Part shown: positions 9,601 to 23,608 of the stretch, in pieces
Layout of the letters: each line of letters begins with the position of its first letter
Numbering within the stretch: position 1 is the first letter of the stretch
Assembly: GCA_964016885.1 (NCBI GenBank)
Contig: OZ024743.1
Coordinates: 234,050,001-234,114,000, forward strand
Direction of reading: 5' to 3'
Source of the DNA: Eledone cirrhosa
Taxonomy: Eukaryota
DNA length: 64,000 nucleotides
Notes under the pieces: model-generated
What the model was told of the DNA's origin: nothing
Database searches by the model: none
The model's input: the letters and a program-made list of their open reading frames with translations, nothing else
Translations under genes and position numbers: made by a program

Positions 9601-12600
9601 ATCGATCCGACCACGGGCGGTCGGTTTGCGATTGAAAAGGTAACTCCGCCGGCAAATCGTCATTTTTGGATTCGTTTTCTTCGAAGCACACCATTCGCCG
9701 GCTGACTTTGTTGACGTTTAACACGGTTTGGTTCCACAGCCACAACTATTGATTTTACGGAGATATCTTGCTGAAATTCACGCCACACATAGCCAATGAG
9801 TGTCTGCACATGTACCAGTAATTACAGATCGATCCGACCACGGGCGGCCGGCCCGCGATTGAAAAGGTAACTCCGCCGGCAAATCGTCATTTTTGGATTC
9901 GTTTTCTTCGAAGCACACCATTCGCCGGCGGACTTTGTTGACGTTTAACACGGTTTGGTTCCACAGCCACAACTATTGATTTTACGGAGATATCTTGCTG
10001 AAATTCACGCCACACATAGCCAATGAGTGTCTGCACATGTACCAGTAATTACAGATCGATCCGACCACGGGCGGCCGGCCCGCGATTGAAAAGGTAACTC
10101 CGCCGGCAAATCGTCATTTTTGGATTCGTTTTCTTCGAAGCACACCATTCGCCGGCTGACTTTGTTGATGTTTAACACGGTTTGGTTCCACAGCCACAAC
10201 TATTGATTTTAAGGAGATATCTTGCTGAAATTCACGCCACACATAGCCAATGAGTGTCTGCACAGGTACCAGTAATTACAGATCGATCCGACCACGGGCG
10301 GCCGGCCCGCTATTGAAAAGGTAACTCCGCCGGCAAATCGTCATTTTTGGATTCGTTTTCTTCGAAGCACACCATTCGCCGGCGGACTTTGTTGACGTTT
10401 AACACGGTTTGGTTCCACAGCCACAACTATTGATTTTACGGAGATATCTTGCTGAAATTCACGCCACACATAGCCAATGAGTGTCTGCACATGTACCAGT
10501 AATTACAGATCGATCCGACCACGGGCGGCCGGCCCGCGATTGAAAAGGTAACTCCGCCGGCAAATCGTCATTTTTGGATTCGTTTTCTTCGAAGCACACC
10601 ATTCGCCGGCTGACTTTGTTGATGTTTAACACGGTTTGGTTCCACAGCCACAACTATTGATTTTAAGGAGATATCTTGCTGAAATTCACGCCACACATAG
10701 CCAATGAGTGTCTGCACAGGTACCAGTAATTACAGATCGATCCGACCACGGGCGGCCGGCCCGCTATTGAAAAGGTAACTCCGCCGGCAAATCGTCATTT
10801 TTGGATTCGTTTTCTTCGAAGCACACCATTCGCCGGCGGACTTTGTTGACGTTTAACACGGTTTGGTTCCACAGCCACAACTATTGATTTTACGGAGATA
10901 TCTTGCTGAAATTCACGCCACACATAGCCAATGAGTCTCTGCACATGTACCAGTAATTACAGATCGATCCGACCACGGGCGGTCGGTTTGCGATTGAAAA
11001 GGTAACTCCGCCGGCAAATCGTCATTTTTGGATTCGTTTTCTTCGAATCACACCATTCGCCGGCGGACTTTGTTGACGTTTAACACGGTTTGGTTCCACA
11101 GCCACAACTATTGATTTTACGGAGATATCTTGCTGAAATTCACGCCACACATAGCCAATGAGTGTCTGCACATGTACCAGTAATTACAGATCGATCCGAC
11201 CACGGGCGGCCGGCCCGCGATTGAAAAGGTAACTCCGCCGGCAAATCGTCATTTTTGGATTCGTTTTCTTCGAAGCACACCATTCGCCGGCGGACTTTGT
11301 TGACGTTTAACACGGTTTGGTTCCACAGCCACAACTATTGATTTTACGGAGATATCTTGCTGAAATTCACGCCACACATAGCCAATGAGTCTCTGCACAT
11401 GTACCATTAATTACAGATCGATCCGACCACGGGCGGTCGGTTTGCGATTGAAAAGGTAACTCCGCCGGCAAATCGTCATTTTTGGATTCGTTTTCTTCGA
11501 AGCACACCATTCGCCGGCTGACTTTGTTGACGTTTAACACGGTTTGGTTCCACAGCCACAACTATTGATTTTAAGGAGATATCTTGCTGAAATTCACGCC
11601 ACACATAGCCAATGAGTGTCTGCACAGGTACCAGTAATTACAGATCGATCCGACCACGGGCGGCCGGCCCGCGATTGAAAAGGTAACTCCGCCGGCAAAT
11701 CGTCATTTTTGGATTCGTTTTCTTCGAAGCACACCATTCGCCGGCGGACTTTGTTGACGTTTAACACGGTTTGGTTCCACAGCCACAACTATTGATTTTA
11801 CGGAGATATCTTGCTGAAATTCACGCCACACATAGCCAATGAGTGTCTGCACATGTACCAGTAATTACAGATCGATCCGACCACGGGCGGCCGGCCCGCG
11901 ATTGAAAAGGTAACTCCGCCGGCAAATCGTCATTTTTGGATTCGTTTTCTTCGAAGCACACCATTCGCCGGCGGACTTTGTTGACGTTTAACACGGTTTG
12001 GTTCCACAGCCACAACTATTGATTTTACGGAGATATCTTGCTGAAATTCACGCCACACATAGCCAATGAGTGTCTGCACATGTACCAGTAATTACAGATC
12101 GATCCGACCACGGGCGGCCGGCCCGCGATTGAAAAGGTAACTCCGCCGGCAAATCGTCATTTTTGGATTCGTTTTCTTCGAAGCACACCATTCGCCGGCT
12201 GACTTTGTTGATGTTTAACACGGTTTGGTTCCACAGCCACAACTATTGATTTTAAGGAGATATCTTGCTGAAATTCACGCCACACATAGCCAATGAGTGT
12301 CTGCACAGGTACCAGTAATTACAGATCGATCCGACCACGGGCGGCCGGCCCGCTATTGAAAAGGTAACTCCGCCGGCAAATCGTCATTTTTGGATTCGTT
12401 TTCTTCGAAGCACACCATTCGCCGGCGGACTTTGTTGACGTTTAACACGGTTTGGTTCCACAGCCACAACTATTGATTTTACGGAGATATCTTGCTGAAA
12501 TTCACGCCACACATAGCCAATGAGTGTCTGCACATGTACCAGTAATTACAGATCGATCCGACCACGGGCGGCCGGCCCGCGATTGAAAAGGTAACTCCGC

Positions 12601-13166
12601 CGGCAAATCGTCATTTTTGGATTCGTTTTCTTCGAAGCACACCATTCGCCGGCGGACTTTGTTGACGTTTAACACGGTTTGGTTCCACAGCCACAACTAT
12701 TGATTTTACGGAGATATCTTGCTGAAATTCACGCCACACATAGCCAATGAGTCTCTGCACATGTACCAGTAATTACAGATCGATCCGACCACGGGCGGTC
12801 GGTTTGCGATTGAAAAGGTAACTCCGCCGGCAAATCGTCATTTTTGGATTCGTTTTCTTCGAAGCACACCATTCGCCGGCGGACTTTGTTGACGTTTAAC
12901 ACGGTTTGGTTCCACAGCCACAACTATTGATTTTACGGAGATATCTTGCTGAAATTCACGCCACACATAGCCAATGAGTGTCTGCACATGTACCAGTAAT
13001 TACAGATCGATCCGACCACGGGCGGCCGGCCCGCGATTGAAAAGGTAACTCCGCCGGCAAATCGTCATTTTTGGATTCGTTTTCTTCGAAGCACACCATT
13101 CGCCGGCGGACTTTGTTGACGTTTAACACGGTTTGGTTCCACAGCCACAACTATTGATTTTACGGA

Positions 13167-16100
13167 GATATCTTGCTGAAATTCACGCCACACATAGCCA
13201 ATGAGTCTCTGCACATGTACCATTAATTACAGATCGATCCGACCACGGGCGGTCGGTTTGCGATTGAAAAGGTAACTCCGCCGGCAAATCGTCATTTTTG
13301 GATTCGTTTTCTTCGAAGCACACCATTCGCCGGCTGACTTTGTTGACGTTTAACACGGTTTGGTTCCACAGCCACAACTATTGATTTTAAGGAGATATCT
13401 TGCTGAAATTCACGCCACACATAGCCAATGAGTGTCTGCACAGGTACCAGTAATTACAGATCGATCCGACCACGGGCGGCCGGCCCGCGATTGAAAAGGT
13501 AACTCCGCCGGCAAATCGTCATTTTTGGATTCGTTTTCTTCGAAGCACACCATTCGCCGGCGGACTTTGTTGACGTTTAACACGGTTTGGTTCCACAGCC
13601 ACAACTATTGATTTTACGGAGATATCTTGCTGAAATTCACGCCACACATAGCCAATGAGTGTCTGCACATGTACCAGTAATTACAGATCGATCCGACCAC
13701 GGGCGGCCGGCCCGCGATTGAAAAGGTAACTCCGCCGGCAAATCGTCATTTTTGGATTCGTTTTCTTCGAAGCACACCATTCGCCGGCTGACTTTGTTGA
13801 CGTTTAACACGGTTTGGTTCCACAGCCACAACTATTGATTTTAAGGAGATATCTTGCTGAAATTCACGCCACACATAGCCAATGAGTGTCTGCACAGGTA
13901 CCAGTAATTACAGATCGATCCGACCACGGGCGGCCGGCCCGCGATTGAAAAGGTAACTCCGCCGGCAAATCGTCATTTTTGGATTCGTTTTCTTCGAAGC
14001 ACACCATTCGCCGGCTGACTTTGTTGACGTTTAACACGGTTTGGTTCCACAGCCACAACTATTGATTTTACGGAGATATCTTGCTGAAATTCACGCCACA
14101 CATAGCCAATGAGTGTCTGCACATGTACCAGTAATTACAGATCGATCCGACCACGGGCGGCCGGCCCGCGATTGAAAAGGTAACTCCGCCGGCAAATCGT
14201 CATTTTTGGATTCGTTTTCTTCGAAGCACACCATTCGCCGGCGGACTTTGTTGACGTTTAACACGGTTTGGTTCCACAGCCACAACTATTGATTTTACGG
14301 AGATATCTTGCTGAAATTCACGCCACACATAGCCAATGAGTCTCTGCACATGTACCATTAATTACAGATCGATCCGACCACGGGCGGTCGGTTTGCGATT
14401 GAAAAGGTAACTCCGCCGGCAAATCGTCATTTTTGGATTCGTTTTCTTCGAAGCACACCATTCGCCGGCTGACTTTGTTGACGTTTAACACGGTTTGGTT
14501 CCACAGCCACAACTATTGATTTTAAGGAGATATCTTGCTGAAATTCACGCCACACATAGCCAATGAGTGTCTGCACAGGTACCAGTAATTACAGATCGAT
14601 CCGACCACGGGCGGCCGGCCCGCGATTGAAAAGGTAACTCCGCCGGCAAATCGTCATTTTTGGATTCGTTTTCTTCGAAGCACACCATTCGCCGGCGGAC
14701 TTTGTTGACGTTTAACACGGTTTGGTTCCACAGCCACAACTATTGATTTTACGGAGATATCTTGCTGAAATTCACGCCACACATAGCCAATGAGTGTCTG
14801 CACATGTACCAGTAATTACAGATCGATCCGACCACGGGCGGCCGGCCCGCGATTGAAAAGGTAACTCCGCCGGCAAATCGTCATTTTTGGATTCGTTTTC
14901 TTCGAAGCACACCATTCGCCGGCTGACTTTGTTGACGTTTAACACGGTTTGGTTCCACAGCCACAACTATTGATTTTAAGGAGATATCTTGCTGAAATTC
15001 ACGCCACACATAGCCAATGAGTGTCTGCACAGGTACCAGTAATTACAGATCGATCCGACCACGGGCGGCCGGCCCGCGATTGAAAAGGTAACTCCGCCGG
15101 CAAATCGTCATTTTTGGATTCGTTTTCTTCGAAGCACACCATTCGCCGGCGGACTTTGTTGACGTTTAACACGGTTTGGTTCCACAGCCACAACTATTGA
15201 TTTTACGGAGATATCTTGCTGAAATTCACGCCACACATAGCCAATGAGTGTCTGCACATGTACCAGTAATTACAGATCGATCCGACCACGGGCGGCCGGC
15301 CCGCGATTGAAAAGGTAACTCCGCCGGCAAATCGTCATTTTTGGATTCGTTTTCTTCGAAGCACACCATTCGCCGGCGGACTTTGTTGACGTTTAACACG
15401 GTTTGGTTCCACAGCCACAACTATTGATTTTACGGAGATATCTTGCTGAAATTCACGCCACACATAGCCAATGAGTCTCTGCACATGTACCATTAATTAC
15501 AGATCGATCCGACCACGGGCGGTCGGTTTGCGATTGAAAAGGTAACTCCGCCGGCAAATCGTCATTTTTGGATTCGTTTTCTTCGAAGCACACCATTCGC
15601 CGGCTGACTTTGTTGACGTTTAACACGGTTTGGTTCCACAGCCACAACTATTGATTTTAAGGAGATATCTTGCTGAAATTCACGCCACACATAGCCAATG
15701 AGTGTCTGCACAGGTACCAGTAATTACAGATCGATCCGACCACGGGCGGCCGGCCCGCGATTGAAAAGGTAACTCCGCCGGCAAATCGTCATTTTTGGAT
15801 TCGTTTTCTTCGAAGCACACCATTCGCCGGCGGACTTTGTTGACGTTTAACACGGTTTGGTTCCACAGCCACAACTATTGATTTTACGGAGATATCTTGC
15901 TGAAATTCACGCCACACATAGCCAATGAGTGTCTGCACATGTACCAGTAATTACAGATCGATCCGACCACGGGCGGCCGGCCCGCGATTGAAAAGGTAAC
16001 TCCGCCGGCAAATCGTCATTTTTGGATTCGTTTTCTTCGAAGCACACCATTCGCCGGCTGACTTTGTTGACGTTTAACACGGTTTGGTTCCACAGCCACA

Positions 16101-17025
16101 ACTATTGATTTTAAGGAGATATCTTGCTGAAATTCACGCCACACATAGCCAATGAGTGTCTGCACAGGTACCAGTAATTACAGATCGATCCGACCACGGG
16201 CGGCCGGCCCGCGATTGAAAAGGTAACTCCGCCGGCAAATCGTCATTTTTGGATTCGTTTTCTTCGAAGCACACCATTCGCCGGCTGACTTTGTTGACGT
16301 TTAACACGGTTTGGTTCCACAGCCACAACTATTGATTTTACGGAGATATCTTGCTGAAATTCACGCCACACATAGCCAATGAGTGTCTGCACATGTACCA
16401 GTAATTACAGATCGATCCGACCACGGGCGGCCGGCCCGCGATTGAAAAGGTAACTCCGCCGGCAAATCGTCATTTTTGGATTCGTTTTCTTCGAAGCACA
16501 CCATTCGCCGGCGGACTTTGTTGACGTTTAACACGGTTTGGTTCCACAGCCACAACTATTGATTTTACGGAGATATCTTGCTGAAATTCACGCCACACAT
16601 AGCCAATGAGTCTCTGCACATGTACCATTAATTACAGATCGATCCGACCACGGGCGGTCGGTTTGCGATTGAAAAGGTAACTCCGCCGGCAAATCGTCAT
16701 TTTTGGATTCGTTTTCTTCGAAGCACACCATTCGCCGGCTGACTTTGTTGACGTTTAACACGGTTTGGTTCCACAGCCACAACTATTGATTTTAAGGAGA
16801 TATCTTGCTGAAATTCACGCCACACATAGCCAATGAGTGTCTGCACAGGTACCAGTAATTACAGATCGATCCGACCACGGGCGGCCGGCCCGCGATTGAA
16901 AAGGTAACTCCGCCGGCAAATCGTCATTTTTGGATTCGTTTTCTTCGAAGCACACCATTCGCCGGCGGACTTTGTTGACGTTTAACACGGTTTGGTTCCA
17001 CAGCCACAACTATTGATTTTACGGA
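13167..17025. repeat. Local 5-monomer (1135-bp) higher-order repeat
   Basis: G57T class B units start at 13167, 14302, 15437 and 16572, with nearly the same order of intervening variants. Confidence 0.85.
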
Positions 17026-19976
17026 GATATCTTGCTGAAATTCACGCCACACATAGCCAATGAGTGTCTGCACATGTACCAGTAATTACAGATCGATCCG
17101 ACCACGGGCGGCCGGCCCGCGATTGAAAAGGTAACTCCGCCGGCAAATCGTCATTTTTGGATTCGTTTTCTTCGAAGCACACCATTCGCCGGCGGACTTT
17201 GTTGACGTTTAACACGGTTTGGTTCCACAGCCACAACTATTGATTTTACGGAGATATCTTGCTGAAATTCACGCCACACATAGCCAATGAGTGTCTGCAC
17301 ATGTACCAGTAATTACAGATCGATCCGACCACGGGCGGCCGGCCCGCGATTGAAAAGGTAACTCCGCCGGCAAATCGTCATTTTTGGATTCGTTTTCTTC
17401 GAAGCACACCATTCGCCGGCTGACTTTGTTGACGTTTAACACGGTTTGGTTCCACAGCCACAACTATTGATTTTAAGGAGATATCTTGCTGAAATTCACG
17501 CCACACATAGCCAATGAGTGTCTGCACAGGTACCAGTAATTACAGATCGATCCGACCACGGGCGGCCGGCCCGCGATTGAAAAGGTAACTCCGCCGGCAA
17601 ATCGTCATTTTTGGATTCGTTTTCTTCGAAGCACACCATTCGCCGGCGGACTTTGTTGACGTTTAACACGGTTTGGTTCCACAGCCACAACTATTGATTT
17701 TAAGGAGATATCTTGCTGAAATTCACGCCACACATAGCCAATGAGTGTCTGCACAGGTACCAGTAATTACAGATCGATCCGACCACGGGCGGCCGGCCCG
17801 CGATTGAAAAGGTAACTCCGCCGGCAAATCGTCATTTTTGGATTCGTTTTCTTCGAAGCACACCATTCGCCGGCTGACTTTGTTGACGTTTAACACGGTT
17901 TGGTTCCACAGCCACAACTATTGATTTTAAGGAGATATCTTGCTGAAATTCACGCCACACATAGCCAATGAGTGTCTGCACAGGTACCAGTAATTACAGA
18001 TCGATCCGACCACGGGCGGCCGGCCCGCGATTGAAAAGGTAACTCCGCCGGCAAATCGTCATTTTTGGATTCGTTTTCTTCGAAGCACACCATTCGCCGG
18101 CGGACTTTGTTGACGTTTAACACGGTTTGGTTCCACAGCCACAACTATTGATTTTACGGAGATATCTTGCTGAAATTCACGCCACACATAGCCAATGAGT
18201 GTCTGCACATGTACCAGTAATTACAGATCGATCCGACCACGGGCGGCCGGCCCGCGATTGAAAAGGTAACTCCGCCGGCAAATCGTCATTTTTGGATTCG
18301 TTTTCTTCGAAGCACACCATTCGCCGGCTGACTTTGTTGACGTTTAACACGGTTTGGTTCCACAGCCACAACTATTGATTTTAAGGAGATATCTTGCTGA
18401 AATTCACGCCACACATAGCCAATGAGTGTCTGCACATGTACCAGTAATTACAGATCGATCCGACCACGGGCGGTCGGTTTGCGATTGAAAAGGTAACTCC
18501 GCCGGCAAATCGTCATTTTTGGATTCGTTTTCTTCGAAGCACACCATTCGCCGGCGGACTTTGTTGACGTTTAACACGGTTTGGTTCCACAGCCACAACT
18601 ATTGATTTTACGGAGATATCTTGCTGAAATTCACGCCACACATAGCCAATGAGTGTCTGCACATGTACCAGTAATTACAGATCGATCCGACCACGGGCGG
18701 CCGGCCCGCGATTGAAAAGGTAACTCCGCCGGCAAATCGTCATTTTTGGATTCGTTTTCTTCGAAGCACACCATTCGCCGGCGGACTTTGTTGACGTTTA
18801 ACACGGTTTGGTTCCACAGCCACAACTATTGATTTTACGGAGATATCTTGCTGAAATTCACGCCACACATAGCCAATGAGTCTCTGCACATGTACCATTA
18901 ATTACAGATCGATCCGACCACGGGCGGTCGGTTTGCGATTGAAAAGGTAACTCCGCCGGCAAATCGTCATTTTTGGATTCGTTTTCTTCGAAGCACACCA
19001 TTCGCCGGCTGACTTTGTTGACGTTTAACACGGTTTGGTTCCACAGCCACAACTATTGATTTTAAGGAGATATCTTGCTGAAATTCACGCCACACATAGC
19101 CAATGAGTGTCTGCACAGGTACCAGTAATTACAGATCGATCCGACCACGGGCGGCCGGCCCGCGATTGAAAAGGTAACTCCGCCGGCAAATCGTCATTTT
19201 TGGATTCGTTTTCTTCGAAGCACACCATTCGCCGGCGGACTTTGTTGACGTTTAACACGGTTTGGTTCCACAGCCACAACTATTGATTTTAAGGAGATAT
19301 CTTGCTGAAATTCACGCCACACATAGCCAATGAGTGTCTGCACAGGTACCAGTAATTACAGATCGATCCGACCACGGGCGGCCGGCCCGCGATTGAAAAG
19401 GTAACTCCGCCGGCAAATCGTCATTTTTGGATTCGTTTTCTTCGAAGCACACCATTCGCCGGCGGACTTTGTTGACGTTTAACACGGTTTGGTTCCACAG
19501 CCACAACTATTGATTTTACGGAGATATCTTGCTGAAATTCACGCCACACATAGCCAATGAGTCTCTGCACATGTACCAGTAATTACAGATCGATCCGACC
19601 ACGGGCGGTCGGTTTGCGATTGAAAAGGTAACTCCGCCGGCAAATCGTCATTTTTGGATTCGTTTTCTTCGAAGCACACCATTCGCCGGCTGACTTTGTT
19701 GACGTTTAACACGGTTTGGTTCCACAGCCACAACTATTGATTTTACGGAGATATCTTGCTGAAATTCACGCCACACATAGCCAATGAGTGTCTGCACATG
19801 TACCAGTAATTACAGATCGATCCGACCACGGGCGGCCGGCCCGCGATTGAAAAGGTAACTCCGCCGGCAAATCGTCATTTTTGGATTCGTTTTCTTCGAA
19901 GCACACCATTCGCCGGCGGACTTTGTTGACGTTTAACACGGTTTGGTTCCACAGCCACAACTATTGATTTTACGGA

Positions 19977-22900
19977 GATATCTTGCTGAAATTCACGCCA
20001 CACATAGCCAATGAGTGTCTGCACATGTACCAGTAATTACAGATCGATCCGACCACGGGCGGCCGGCCCGCGATTGAAAAGGTAACTCCGCCGGCAAATC
20101 GTCATTTTTGGATTCGTTTTCTTCGAAGCACACCATTCGCCGGCTGACTTTGTTGATGTTTAACACGGTTTGGTTCCACAGCCACAACTATTGATTTTAA
20201 GGAGATATCTTGCTGAAATTCACGCCACACATAGCCAATGAGTGTCTGCACAGGTACCAGTAATTACAGATCGATCCGACCACGGGCGGCCGGCCCGCTA
20301 TTGAAAAGGTAACTCCGCCGGCAAATCGTCATTTTTGGATTCGTTTTCTTCGAAGCACACCATTCGCCGGCGGACTTTGTTGACGTTTAACACGGTTTGG
20401 TTCCACAGCCACAACTATTGATTTTACGGAGATATCTTGCTGAAATTCACGCCACACATAGCCAATGAGTGTCTGCACATGTACCAGTAATTACAGATCG
20501 ATCCGACCACGGGCGGCCGGCCCGCGATTGAAAAGGTAACTCCGCCGGCAAATCGTCATTTTTGGATTCGTTTTCTTCGAAGCACACCATTCGCCGGCGG
20601 ACTTTGTTGACGTTTAACACGGTTTGGTTCCACAGCCACAACTATTGATTTTACGGAGATATCTTGCTGAAATTCACGCCACACATAGCCAATGAGTCTC
20701 TGCACATGTACCAGTAATTACAGATCGATCCGACCACGGGCGGTCGGTTTGCGATTGAAAAGGTAACTCCGCCGGCAAATCGTCATTTTTGGATTCGTTT
20801 TCTTCGAAGCACACCATTCGCCGGCGGACTTTGTTGACGTTTAACACGGTTTGGTTCCACAGCCACAACTATTGATTTTACGGAGATATCTTGCTGAAAT
20901 TCACGCCACACATAGCCAATGAGTGTCTGCACATGTACCAGTAATTACAGATCGATCCGACCACGGGCGGCCGGCCCGCGATTGAAAAGGTAACTCCGCC
21001 GGCAAATCGTCATTTTTGGATTCGTTTTCTTCGAAGCACACCATTCGCCGGCGGACTTTGTTGACGTTTAACACGGTTTGGTTCCACAGCCACAACTATT
21101 GATTTTACGGAGATATCTTGCTGAAATTCACGCCACACATAGCCAATGAGTCTCTGCACATGTACCATTAATTACAGATCGATCCGACCACGGGCGGTCG
21201 GTTTGCGATTGAAAAGGTAACTCCGCCGGCAAATCGTCATTTTTGGATTCGTTTTCTTCGAAGCACACCATTCGCCGGCTGACTTTGTTGACGTTTAACA
21301 CGGTTTGGTTCCACAGCCACAACTATTGATTTTAAGGAGATATCTTGCTGAAATTCACGCCACACATAGCCAATGAGTGTCTGCACAGGTACCAGTAATT
21401 ACAGATCGATCCGACCACGGGCGGCCGGCCCGCGATTGAAAAGGTAACTCCGCCGGCAAATCGTCATTTTTGGATTCGTTTTCTTCGAAGCACACCATTC
21501 GCCGGCGGACTTTGTTGACGTTTAACACGGTTTGGTTCCACAGCCACAACTATTGATTTTAAGGAGATATCTTGCTGAAATTCACGCCACACATAGCCAA
21601 TGAGTGTCTGCACAGGTACCAGTAATTACAGATCGATCCGACCACGGGCGGCCGGCCCGCGATTGAAAAGGTAACTCCGCCGGCAAATCGTCATTTTTGG
21701 ATTCGTTTTCTTCGAAGCACACCATTCGCCGGCGGACTTTGTTGACGTTTAACACGGTTTGGTTCCACAGCCACAACTATTGATTTTACGGAGATATCTT
21801 GCTGAAATTCACGCCACACATAGCCAATGAGTGTCTGCACATGTACCAGTAATTACAGATCGATCCGACCACGGGCGGCCGGCCCGCGATTGAAAAGGTA
21901 ACTCCGCCGGCAAATCGTCATTTTTGGATTCGTTTTCTTCGAAGCACACCATTCGCCGGCTGACTTTGTTGATGTTTAACACGGTTTGGTTCCACAGCCA
22001 CAACTATTGATTTTAAGGAGATATCTTGCTGAAATTCACGCCACACATAGCCAATGAGTGTCTGCACAGGTACCAGTAATTACAGATCGATCCGACCACG
22101 GGCGGCCGGCCCGCTATTGAAAAGGTAACTCCGCCGGCAAATCGTCATTTTTGGATTCGTTTTCTTCGAAGCACACCATTCGCCGGCGGACTTTGTTGAC
22201 GTTTAACACGGTTTGGTTCCACAGCCACAACTATTGATTTTACGGAGATATCTTGCTGAAATTCACGCCACACATAGCCAATGAGTGTCTGCACATGTAC
22301 CAGTAATTACAGATCGATCCGACCACGGGCGGCCGGCCCGCGATTGAAAAGGTAACTCCGCCGGCAAATCGTCATTTTTGGATTCGTTTTCTTCGAAGCA
22401 CACCATTCGCCGGCGGACTTTGTTGACGTTTAACACGGTTTGGTTCCACAGCCACAACTATTGATTTTACGGAGATATCTTGCTGAAATTCACGCCACAC
22501 ATAGCCAATGAGTCTCTGCACATGTACCAGTAATTACAGATCGATCCGACCACGGGCGGTCGGTTTGCGATTGAAAAGGTAACTCCGCCGGCAAATCGTC
22601 ATTTTTGGATTCGTTTTCTTCGAAGCACACCATTCGCCGGCGGACTTTGTTGACGTTTAACACGGTTTGGTTCCACAGCCACAACTATTGATTTTACGGA
22701 GATATCTTGCTGAAATTCACGCCACACATAGCCAATGAGTGTCTGCACATGTACCAGTAATTACAGATCGATCCGACCACGGGCGGCCGGCCCGCGATTG
22801 AAAAGGTAACTCCGCCGGCAAATCGTCATTTTTGGATTCGTTTTCTTCGAAGCACACCATTCGCCGGCGGACTTTGTTGACGTTTAACACGGTTTGGTTC

Positions 22901-23608
22901 CACAGCCACAACTATTGATTTTACGGAGATATCTTGCTGAAATTCACGCCACACATAGCCAATGAGTCTCTGCACATGTACCATTAATTACAGATCGATC
23001 CGACCACGGGCGGTCGGTTTGCGATTGAAAAGGTAACTCCGCCGGCAAATCGTCATTTTTGGATTCGTTTTCTTCGAAGCACACCATTCGCCGGCTGACT
23101 TTGTTGACGTTTAACACGGTTTGGTTCCACAGCCACAACTATTGATTTTAAGGAGATATCTTGCTGAAATTCACGCCACACATAGCCAATGAGTGTCTGC
23201 ACAGGTACCAGTAATTACAGATCGATCCGACCACGGGCGGCCGGCCCGCGATTGAAAAGGTAACTCCGCCGGCAAATCGTCATTTTTGGATTCGTTTTCT
23301 TCGAAGCACACCATTCGCCGGCGGACTTTGTTGACGTTTAACACGGTTTGGTTCCACAGCCACAACTATTGATTTTACGGAGATATCTTGCTGAAATTCA
23401 CGCCACACATAGCCAATGAGTGTCTGCACATGTACCAGTAATTACAGATCGATCCGACCACGGGCGGCCGGCCCGCGATTGAAAAGGTAACTCCGCCGGC
23501 AAATCGTCATTTTTGGATTCGTTTTCTTCGAAGCACACCATTCGCCGGCGGACTTTGTTGACGTTTAACACGGTTTGGTTCCACAGCCACAACTATTGAT
23601 TTTACGGA
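19977..23608. repeat. Local 8-monomer (1816-bp) higher-order repeat; related copy from 12032
   Basis: C181T units at 19977 and 21793 are each followed by G96T, A, B(G41C), A, B(G57T) and T50G units. Confidence 0.85.
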
